From: a virus
Lineage: Duplodnaviria > Heunggongvirae > Uroviricota > Caudoviricetes
Virus record (IMG/VR): IMGVR_UViG_3300028388_003891
Location: 69,513 to 84,073 of that record
Reading direction: 5' to 3' (one strand)
Length of the DNA stretch: 14,561 nucleotides
Shown: positions 1 through 6,630 of the stretch, one piece after another
Layout of the letters: each line of letters opens with the position of its first letter
Numbering within the stretch: the stretch's first letter is position 1
The notes under the pieces: model-generated
The model's database searches: none
What the model was told of the DNA's origin: nothing
Seen by the model: only the letters and a program-made list of their open reading frames with translations
Position numbers and translations under genes: made by a program

Positions 1-13
1 GAAAGGACCCGAC

Positions 14-148
14 ATGTTGTTCTTGGCACGACAAATCAGGGATAATGGGGATGTAAGAGAGCTGGTCAGGCTTGCTTATGTAGGCGGTGCTACGGCCGGC
101 CTATCAATTGGTTTTGACATTGCTCGAGATATAGTAAAGGGAGAATAG
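14..148 (+). CDS. Small hypothetical protein (44 aa, MLFLARQIRDNGD...IVKGE), or the 3' end of a gene entering from the left edge
   Basis: Manual translation, below the ORF-track cutoff. ATG14 follows GAAAGGA (1-7); TAG at 146-148 lies 2 nt before the next start. The frame is also open to the window edge. Confidence 0.45.
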   Translation: MLFLARQIRDNGDVRELVRLAYVGGATAGLSIGFDIARDIVKGE

Positions 149-150
149 TC

Positions 151-732
151 GTGAGGATCTTTTACGTTCATGGGTTTGGCAGTTCGTTTCGTGCGCATTC
201 ACGCAAGATGGAAGCACTGCGCATGCTGGGACCTGTCCACGGGTTGACGGTTGATTGGACCGATCCCGTTGAGGCACTGTCAGAATTGACGTCGGAGATC
301 CAGCGCTGGAAGCCTGACTTGATTGTCGGCACATCGATGGGTGGTTGGGGCGCCAACCAGCTTGGCACGTCCCTTGGCATCAAGTGGATCGCGCTCAACC
401 CCGTCACTAACCCCGCCGAACAGCTGAGGCATCGTGTTGGGGATGGGTACTTCTACGACGGGACGCCGTACACGATGGATGAGTTTGCTATCAAGTACTT
501 GTCGCCGTTTGTCGATGATCTTGACGACTTTTTCCAAGGTATGATGGTTGTCGAGAACGGGGACGAGGTATTGGACCACAGCGGTGTGTTCGATAAATAC
601 TACGGCAAATTCACCGTGATCGGCTACAACCAAGGAAACCACCAGTTTGATGACATCTACAGACTCGTCACCCAGACAATCCCCGACTGGATCCAATCCG
701 AGAGCAACGCTAAAGGACTTGTTGCTCGATGA
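151..732 (+). CDS. Alpha/beta-hydrolase, YqiA/YcfP (UPF0227) esterase family
   Basis: N-terminal YVHGFGSS, nucleophile elbow GTSMGG, LNP motif, GDEVLD (Asp) and GNHQF (His). GTG start with AAGGGAG upstream. Confidence 0.85.
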   Translation: MRIFYVHGFGSSFRAHSRKMEALRMLGPVHGLTVDWTDPVEALSELTSEIQRWKPDLIVGTSMGGWGANQLGTSLGIKWIALNPVTNPAEQLRHRVGDGYFYDGTPYTMDEFAIKYLSPFVDDLDDFFQGMMVVENGDEVLDHSGVFDKYYGKFTVIGYNQGNHQFDDIYRLVTQTIPDWIQSESNAKGLVAR

Positions 733-1303
733 GAGCTTCGTCAACCTAATCGGAGACGACCCACGCAAGCAGCAATATGCTGATCAAGTGTGGGACGTCC
801 TCCAGCGCTCGTACGCACCAATTGGTGGCATCGCTGGAAGTGGGTTCAACAGCAAGCAAGACATGATCGACAACATCCCAATGTGGAAGATGGATGTACA
901 CAACGGTAAGGTGTACGCTGTGATCATGTATAAGGATAAAGGCGGCCGCAAAGTTGTTGCGGGAGGCACAGATGGTAGTGCTCGGGGTAAGCGCAAATAC
1001 GTTGACATTGTTAAAAACGAATTGAAGCGTGCATACGGTGAGAAGAGCAAAGCAGCCCTCGGTGCAACGATCAAGCTGTACGGCGACGATATCGAGCAAT
1101 TCATGATGACGCCACAACAAGCGTCATCGGCAATTAAAAAGGACGTGGTCCCGTTGACCCAATACAAGGGTAAGTTGGATCCTGCTGACAAACTGACAGC
1201 TACTCGTTTTGCCAAGTACCGCAGGTATATGTATTTGCGTGAGATAGGTGGCAAGATGCATCTCAAGATCATGATGGGAACGCCAGGACGTGGGATTCGT
1301 TAG
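719..1303 (+). CDS. Hypothetical phage protein, basic; start uncertain (650, 719 or 722)
   Basis: Long open frame with protein-like composition after LLDESFVNLIG. AAGGA at 713-717. The 647-718 extension is S/T/P-rich and overlaps the esterase gene. Confidence 0.75.
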   Translation: MLLDESFVNLIGDDPRKQQYADQVWDVLQRSYAPIGGIAGSGFNSKQDMIDNIPMWKMDVHNGKVYAVIMYKDKGGRKVVAGGTDGSARGKRKYVDIVKNELKRAYGEKSKAALGATIKLYGDDIEQFMMTPQQASSAIKKDVVPLTQYKGKLDPADKLTATRFAKYRRYMYLREIGGKMHLKIMMGTPGRGIR

Positions 1304-1310
1304 GGCCACA

Positions 1311-1655
1311 ATGTTTATAGTATTCGTCGCGATGATGTACGTCGCGGGGTTTGGGTTGATAGTACTTTCGACATCCGAGACAATGCAGGTTGAAATTCAA
1401 AAGGTAGAAACCGTACATTATCACGAGCGCAGCACGATGCCTTTGTACGTGATTCACACCGACCAAGGACCATTTGGCAATTGGGATTCGTTATTTGACT
1501 CCAAGGGGTCTTCTAAGAAGGTGCAGCACGACCTCGCAACTACCACGATGTGGGGTCCAGTCACCTGCACCGTAACGGTAGCATGGTGGCATTTTCCAAA
1601 CGCAATGTATCGCAACGTGCTTGCGATAAAGGACTGTGATAGGCAATTGATATGA
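1311..1655 (+). CDS. Membrane-anchored protein, tentatively DUF1523-like
   Basis: N-terminal hydrophobic helix followed by YVIHTDQGPFGNWDS and C-terminal WWHFPNAMYRNVL, which resemble a phage family recalled from memory. ATG1311 lies 7 nt after the previous stop. Confidence 0.65.
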   Translation: MFIVFVAMMYVAGFGLIVLSTSETMQVEIQKVETVHYHERSTMPLYVIHTDQGPFGNWDSLFDSKGSSKKVQHDLATTTMWGPVTCTVTVAWWHFPNAMYRNVLAIKDCDRQLI

Positions 1656-1704
1656 AGGAGCGTAAACACGCACTGTTCTAGGTACATTAACCTGGAGCAC
1701 TGCT

Positions 1705-2046
1705 ATGAGCAGAACTTTTCGAGACGTCAATCACCGTCATATGGGATCGACGTTAGCTTGCAAGCGCGAGCGGCTTAAAGAGATTAACTACGAGCATTTC
1801 GGGTGGCTCAACTGGCGCGATACTAGCTGGGAGCGTGATCTTGAGCGCGACATCGCGTTACATGGTACTGATGCTGCCAACTATAAGTACGGTGGCGGCA
1901 CCCGCGAATATTTTAACCGTAATCGCCGTAAAGCTCGTTCATATGCCCGCAACCAGTTGAGAACACATCTGGTGCTGGACGATAATTTTGAATACGATCC
2001 CACCAAAGAACTGGCGTTGAAGTCTACATGGTGGGACATCTTTTAA
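1705..2046 (+). CDS. Hypothetical basic protein (MSRTFR...WWDIF)
   Basis: 113-aa ORF with GGAG RBS at 1694-1697; Arg-rich. Confidence 0.75.
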   Translation: MSRTFRDVNHRHMGSTLACKRERLKEINYEHFGWLNWRDTSWERDLERDIALHGTDAANYKYGGGTREYFNRNRRKARSYARNQLRTHLVLDDNFEYDPTKELALKSTWWDIF

Positions 2047-2056
2047 GGAGTTGAAT

Positions 2057-2185
2057 GTGGGAACTTTTATTGTTGGCGTTGTTTGTTTTACAGCAGGCCT
2101 GTACACGGACCGCACGAAAGTGTGGAACTGGCTACGCAACGTTTTTTCTAGCATCAAGGATGACTCGTCCAAAGACGGAGAGTAA
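2057..2185 (+). CDS. Small membrane protein (42 aa, MGTFIVGVVCFTAGLY...SKDGE)
   Basis: Manual translation. GTG2057 lies 6 nt after AAGGAG (2045-2050); hydrophobic N-terminus; TAA ends 9 nt before the tRNA. Confidence 0.55.
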   Translation: MGTFIVGVVCFTAGLYTDRTKVWNWLRNVFSSIKDDSSKDGE

Positions 2186-2194
2186 TTCTCCTAT

Positions 2195-2270
2195 GGTGGG
2201 GAACGCAAACGGCTGAGCGGGGCGACTCATAATCGCTTGACTGTGGGTTCGATTCCCACCCCCACTACCA
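2195..2270 (+). tRNA. tRNA with CAT anticodon, most likely tRNA-Ile2 (lysidine type) rather than Met or fMet
   Basis: Cloverleaf: acceptor GGTGGGG/CCCCACT, D stem CGC/GCG, anticodon arm GGCGA-CTCATAA-TCGCT, T arm GTGGG-TTCGATT-CCCAC, A73 and encoded CCA. It lacks the initiator C1:A72 mismatch and the GGG/CCC anticodon stem. The anticodon arm matches my recollection of E. coli tRNA-Ile2. Confidence 0.92.
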
Positions 2271-2286
2271 CATTGAAGGATTTGTT

Positions 2287-2832
2287 ATGTTTACAGCCAT
2301 TGGTGCTTTCATTCTGGGGTTACTAGCTAGCCCTATCCTATTAACAATAGTTGTGTTGGCTCTACTCGCTGCAGAGTTTGCCGACAGCAACTGGCGCATT
2401 GTGCTATTCCTATGGACCATAGCTTCATTGTGGGTGCTGTTCGGCACTGTGTTGTCTGCTGTCAGTCCCTGGTGGTTATTGCTGTACTTGCCAATCGGGT
2501 TTGGTTGGTCGCTATGGCGCTATCGTCGTTATGTGCAACACGTTAGACGTGAGCTATGGGTGGGAGATGGACAGCCTCCCGTTATGGATTACAGCGCTGT
2601 TGTAGCTGGGGGCTCTTCGGAAAAGGATCTTACTACCTACACCAACTCAGTGAAAAACCGTATTGCTCTGGATCGCAATGTTGGTCGGATTACGTTGTGG
2701 ATTATGTTGTGGCCATCAAGCGTTGCATGTTGGACGTTGCATGACGTGCTTGAAATAATCGACCGTCTTGTGCGAGTATACCTGAGAAAGGTGTACGAGT
2801 ACGTTGCAAAGTCAGCACTGGAGAGTAGGTAG
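2287..2832 (+). CDS. Hypothetical multi-pass membrane protein
   Basis: Three or four hydrophobic segments with WxxW motifs; GAAGGA RBS directly after the tRNA CCA. Confidence 0.75.
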   Translation: MFTAIGAFILGLLASPILLTIVVLALLAAEFADSNWRIVLFLWTIASLWVLFGTVLSAVSPWWLLLYLPIGFGWSLWRYRRYVQHVRRELWVGDGQPPVMDYSAVVAGGSSEKDLTTYTNSVKNRIALDRNVGRITLWIMLWPSSVACWTLHDVLEIIDRLVRVYLRKVYEYVAKSALESR

Positions 2833-2833
2833 C

Positions 2834-3115
2834 ATGAACATTATTTTTCACAATGCAGTTATCATTGCGATTGTAGTTGGCATTCCACTGGCCACAATTT
2901 CTTCACTCAATCATCTGTTCGGCTTATCGATCGCTCTTGACTTTTATTCGTGGCTATCGGCATCGATGATCTGGTTGTTTATTGCTTCCGCGTCTCGCAA
3001 CAAGCCAGTTCAAACCACACCGATTATCAGTGTGCCAGTGACGCCTGAGGTACTCGAAGAGATGAAATCTCTTCACAAAAAGAAAATGGAGGAAAGCACC
3101 GACGAGTCGCAATAG
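2834..3115 (+). CDS. Hypothetical membrane protein (two TM helices, charged tail)
   Basis: ATG lies 1 nt after the upstream stop; hydrophobic N-terminal half; SLNHLF...WL pattern. Confidence 0.7.
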   Translation: MNIIFHNAVIIAIVVGIPLATISSLNHLFGLSIALDFYSWLSASMIWLFIASASRNKPVQTTPIISVPVTPEVLEEMKSLHKKKMEESTDESQ

Positions 3116-3137
3116 CGAGTCGCCTATATACTTGACA

Positions 3138-3188
3138 GTCACACTGGAATAGATCCACAGTGGCTAATATCTAAGGGGTTTAGATATG
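3138..3188 (+). promoter_or_regulatory. Structured 5' leader of the NadM-Nudix gene, copy 1 of a duplicated element
   Basis: GTCAC-ACT-GGAATAGATCC-ACA-GTGGC-TAA-TATCTAAGGGGTTTAGATATG. Hairpin 1 is followed by hairpin 2, which covers the SD (TAAGGGGT) and the A of ATG. The element recurs at 4203-4253. Confidence 0.8.
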
Positions 3189-4211
3189 CGATATGATACT
3201 GCGGTAGTCATCGGCCGCTTTCAACCGATGCACAAAGCTCACGAACACCTAATTCGTGAGGCCCTCCAAGTCGCCGATAAGGTGATCGTTCTCGTTGGTA
3301 GCGCGATGCTGCCTCGTACGTACAAGAATCCATGGACGTACCAAGAGCGAGAAGCAATGATCAATAGCGTGTTTTACAGCAGCGACAAGCCTGTCCTGAT
3401 ACGTCCGATCATCGACACGCCATACAACGACACCGTATGGATACGCTCAGTGCAACAGACTGTCCACGATGCCAACGCACAATGTGGTACGCCTGATGGG
3501 TCGGTTGTGCTTGTTGGCCATACAAAAGACGACAGCTCATATTACCTGTCGATGTTTCCACAATGGGCGTACCTTGAGGTCGACACTGTCGAGCCCCTCA
3601 ATGCGACCAGTGTGCGAGAGCTGTACTTCAAAGACGATTTTAATCTCAATTTTTTGGTTGGGGTGGTTTCAACGGAAGTACTTAACCGGCTGTCGGACTT
3701 TGTTGCGTCGGACCATTATGAGGAGGTTAAGCGTGAGAGGATGTTTATAGAAGAGTACAAGCGACAGTTCTCGAGCATTCCTTACCCAATGACATTCGTC
3801 ACGGTCGACGCCGTTGTCGTGTGCCTTGGCCATGTGCTGATGGTGAAGCGCGATAAGTTTCCCGGACGTGGTTTGCTTGCACTGCCGGGTGGGTTTTTGG
3901 ATGCAAACGGCGACAAGACGTTAGTCGATGCTGCTGTACGAGAACTAAAAGAGGAAACCAACATCAAGCTACCTGCTAAGACGCTACGCAAGCTGATAGT
4001 GGACAGCGAAGTATTCGACGGTATTGATCGTTCATTGAGAGGACGCACCATAACGCATGCGTTCTTTATCGAGCTGTCTGATGCCACACTGCCAAAAGTC
4101 GCTGGGGGCGATGATGCACGTAGTGCTCATTGGGTGCCAGTTGGCGAAGTTGAAAGTGAGCAGTGCTTTGAGGATCACTTTCAAATCATTCAACACTTTA
4201 TCGGCGCATAG
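3186..4211 (+). CDS. nadM: Bifunctional NMN adenylyltransferase / ADP-ribose pyrophosphatase (NadM-Nudix, NatV-like)
   Basis: N-terminal VIGRFQPMHKAH (HxGH-like nucleotidyltransferase motif), KNPWTYQER and GHTKDDSSYYL; C-terminal Nudix box PGGFLD...AAVRELKEETNI, SLRGRTITHAF and GGDDA. Confidence 0.95.
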   Translation: MRYDTAVVIGRFQPMHKAHEHLIREALQVADKVIVLVGSAMLPRTYKNPWTYQEREAMINSVFYSSDKPVLIRPIIDTPYNDTVWIRSVQQTVHDANAQCGTPDGSVVLVGHTKDDSSYYLSMFPQWAYLEVDTVEPLNATSVRELYFKDDFNLNFLVGVVSTEVLNRLSDFVASDHYEEVKRERMFIEEYKRQFSSIPYPMTFVTVDAVVVCLGHVLMVKRDKFPGRGLLALPGGFLDANGDKTLVDAAVRELKEETNIKLPAKTLRKLIVDSEVFDGIDRSLRGRTITHAFFIELSDATLPKVAGGDDARSAHWVPVGEVESEQCFEDHFQIIQHFIGA

Positions 4212-4253
4212 GAATAGATCCACCGCGCCATTTATCTAAGGGGTTTAGATATG
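4203..4253 (+). promoter_or_regulatory. Structured 5' leader of nadV, copy 2; overlaps the nadM stop codon
   Basis: GGCGC-ATA-GGAATAGATCC-ACC-GCGCC-ATT-TATCTAAGGGGTTTAGATATG. The invariant blocks and spacing equal copy 1; the outer stem has a different sequence but full pairing. Confidence 0.8.
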
Positions 4254-5627
4254 GAATTTGCAAACAACATCGCGCTCAACACCGACTCTTACAAAGTCAC
4301 CATGGATCGCCAGTATCCACCTGGCACCGAATACATCTACAGCTATGCAGAATCACGTGGCGGACGTTATGGCAAAACTGTGTGGTACGGTCTGCAGGCG
4401 TACATCAAAGAGTACCTGCTCAAGCCAGTTACAATGAAGCAAGTCGACCACGCCCGCGCGATGTGGAACATGCACTTCGGTAATGATCTGTTTCCGTACG
4501 AGGGGTGGAAGTACATTGTTGAGCAGCACGGTGGCTTACTTCCTGTTCGTATCGAATCGGTACCGGAGGGCGAGGTGGTGCCAATGGGGATACCTTTGCT
4601 GTCAATTGTCAACACTGATCCAAAAGTGCCGTGGTTGTCAACGTGGTTGGAGCAGTCTCTGCTTCGTGCAATATGGTACCCGACCACTGTTGCTACTCGG
4701 TCAAACATGATTCGTGGACTGATTGTTGATGCCCTCGAGCAATCCGGCACTCCTGAAGACATCGATTTTAAACTGCACGACTTCGGCGGACGAGGCGCTA
4801 GCTCTTTTGAGACAGCAGCAATCGGTGGTTCAGCACATCTCGTCAACTTCAAAGGGACCGACACGATGCAAGGTGCAATGTTTGCTCGTGAGTACTATGG
4901 TGAAGTGATGGCAGGATTCAGTATCCCAGCTTCCGAGCACAGCACAATAACCTCGTGGGGCCGCGATCGAGAGGTCGACGCATACCGCAATATGCTCAAC
5001 GCCTACCCTGAGGCTCCTGTGATTGCTTGTGTTAGTGACAGCTACAACATCTTCGATGCAGTACACGAACTGTGGGGCAAACAGCTTAGGCAAGAGGTGA
5101 TCGATAGTGGTCGCGTTGTCGTAATACGTCCTGACAGCGGTGATCCCCTGTCGACTGTACTCAAGGTGATCGAGCTCGCCGCGAAGCAGTTTGGCTATAC
5201 TACGAACGACAAAGGGTACAAAGTACTCAACCATGTTCGTGTCATCCAAGGTGACGGCGTCAACGAAGATACGATTAGCAAGATCCTGCAAGCGATGCTT
5301 AACCGCAAATGGAGCGCCGACAACATTGCGTTCGGTATGGGCGGAGCTCTATTGCAGGGCGTCGATCGAGACACCCAGAAGTTTGCGTTGAAGTGCAGCG
5401 CTGCGTTCTACGATGGGAAGTGGAACGACGTGTACAAGAGCCCGATCGGCGACAAAGGCAAGCACAGCAAGGCTGGACGCGTTGTCGCCAACCGCACCGG
5501 TAGTGGAGAATGGTTTTCTTCGACAATTGAACAGGCGAAGCGACCAATGTTCCAACTGGTGTTTGAGAACGGCAAGCTGTACAACGAAACGACGTTTGCA
5601 GAGATTCGTGAGCGGGCCACTGCTTGA
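4251..5627 (+). CDS. nadV: Nicotinamide phosphoribosyltransferase (NAMPT/NadV)
   Basis: Motifs TDSYK, LHDFGGRG, PASEHS, VSDSY, IRPDSGD, IQGDG, FGMGG, QKFALKC and SKAGR; 458 aa. Confidence 0.96.
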   Translation: MEFANNIALNTDSYKVTMDRQYPPGTEYIYSYAESRGGRYGKTVWYGLQAYIKEYLLKPVTMKQVDHARAMWNMHFGNDLFPYEGWKYIVEQHGGLLPVRIESVPEGEVVPMGIPLLSIVNTDPKVPWLSTWLEQSLLRAIWYPTTVATRSNMIRGLIVDALEQSGTPEDIDFKLHDFGGRGASSFETAAIGGSAHLVNFKGTDTMQGAMFAREYYGEVMAGFSIPASEHSTITSWGRDREVDAYRNMLNAYPEAPVIACVSDSYNIFDAVHELWGKQLRQEVIDSGRVVVIRPDSGDPLSTVLKVIELAAKQFGYTTNDKGYKVLNHVRVIQGDGVNEDTISKILQAMLNRKWSADNIAFGMGGALLQGVDRDTQKFALKCSAAFYDGKWNDVYKSPIGDKGKHSKAGRVVANRTGSGEWFSSTIEQAKRPMFQLVFENGKLYNETTFAEIRERATA

Positions 5628-5866
5628 TGAAGTGGCTACTGGTCCTTTGTGTAATGCGATTTGGCAACTGCGAATACTTCCAGTTACCTTTTGACACAAA
5701 GGACCAGTGTGAGATCATGATGTATGAAGCGTTTGATTACAACGAGAATGTAAGACGTGGTAAATGTGTACAGCAGGGGGCAATAGAAACGCCTCCTGCT
5801 ACATTCCGCGGCGATCAGTTCGGCAATATTCAAAAAGTCAAACCAGTTTCTACTCCATCTCTGTAA
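5627..5866 (+). CDS. Small exported, Cys-containing hypothetical protein
   Basis: TGATG stop/start overlap with nadV; signal-like MKWLLVLCV; four Cys. Confidence 0.7.
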   Translation: MKWLLVLCVMRFGNCEYFQLPFDTKDQCEIMMYEAFDYNENVRRGKCVQQGAIETPPATFRGDQFGNIQKVKPVSTPSL

Positions 5867-5907
5867 TTTCACCGTTGATACTGCGTCCTGATCTGTTGAA
5901 CGAGGCG

Positions 5908-5936
5908 TTGCGGTCATATCAAAAGTAAGGGATAAT
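5908..5936 (+). promoter_or_regulatory. Sigma70-like promoter upstream of the RNA-repair cluster
   Basis: TTGCGG-17 nt-GATAAT in an intergenic gap, 24 nt before an ATG with an AGGAGG RBS. Confidence 0.65.
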
Positions 5937-5960
5937 GGTGGTTCAGTGAGAGGAGGACTT

Positions 5961-6188
5961 ATGGACATCAACCCCAACGACTTTTACCAAATCTGGATCC
6001 GTCGGCGTCAGGCGGCGTGCTCACATGTCGAAACGGTATACCTCCGCGCTCGAGATCAAGAACACGCGGACGAGATCGCTTACCTGATGTTCGGCGATGC
6101 TTACCAGATCAAGGCTGTGCTGCCGATGAACAAGGCCCTTGAAGAGGAACCGTGTGGCTGCGGCAGAACTATCACAACTGGAGTGTAA
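5961..6188 (+). CDS. Hypothetical protein (75 aa)
   Basis: AGGAGG RBS before ATG5961; stop lies 1 nt before the kinase start. Confidence 0.7.
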   Translation: MDINPNDFYQIWIRRRQAACSHVETVYLRARDQEHADEIAYLMFGDAYQIKAVLPMNKALEEEPCGCGRTITTGV

Positions 6189-6189
6189 C

Positions 6190-6630
6190 ATGCTTTATAT
6201 AATTCGGGGACTGCCTGGATCCGGCAAGACTACTCTTGCACAACGGATGTCTGCTGGTTCGATTGCACATTATGAGGCTGACATGTTCTTCGAGCTTGAT
6301 GGGTATCAGTTCGACGCATCCAAACTCAAGCAAGCCCATGAGTGGTGCTACCGTCAGACAGAAAAGCAGGTCATCGAAGGCAACGATGTCATCGTGGCAA
6401 ATACTTTCACCCGGCTACGGGAGATACAACCCTACGTTGAAATGGCAGAAGGGTATGGTGAATTCGTAACCATTATCACGTGTACTGGCAATTTTCGGTC
6501 AGTACACGACGTTCCCGAGACGACTATCGATAAGATGAAAGCCCGCTTTGTGTCCAACGAGCAGATCAAACAAGCGTTTGGAACTGATATTAACATCACA
6601 ACTTACGGGGGCGACGATGTTTCCGTTTGA
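6190..6630 (+). CDS. P-loop kinase, AAA_33 / polynucleotide-kinase-like
   Basis: Walker A GLPGSGKTT at the N-terminus, HYEADMFF, AHEWC, VIVANTF and VHDVP. Stand-alone, with no HAD phosphatase domain. Confidence 0.88.
   Translation: MLYIIRGLPGSGKTTLAQRMSAGSIAHYEADMFFELDGYQFDASKLKQAHEWCYRQTEKQVIEGNDVIVANTFTRLREIQPYVEMAEGYGEFVTIITCTGNFRSVHDVPETTIDKMKARFVSNEQIKQAFGTDINITTYGGDDVSV

Noticed and set aside
17-46. Possible sigma70 promoter TTGTTC-18-GATAAT
   Set aside because: It lies within a probable ORF (14-148) and has a weak -35, so it is mentioned only as a candidate and not listed as a feature.
593-599. ATAAATA resembling a T4 late promoter (also at 10470-10476)
   Set aside because: Neither is the full TATAAATA. 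About one 7-mer match per strand is expected by chance, and the first lies in coding sequence (FDKY).
2055-2216. Alternative ATG2055 reading frame
   Set aside because: It runs into the tRNA and has a tighter RBS spacing. The GTG2057 frame stops cleanly before the tRNA.
3168-3186. Reading TATCTAAGGGGTTTAGATA as a NadR, NrtR or Rex DNA operator
   Set aside because: It does not match the boxes I recall. The second copy lies mid-operon over an RBS, and the compensatory outer stem is better explained at RNA level. Not fully excluded.
6190-6630. Calling the kinase T4 pseT
   Set aside because: It lacks the C-terminal HAD (DxDxT) phosphatase domain and is about half the length, so no gene symbol was given.
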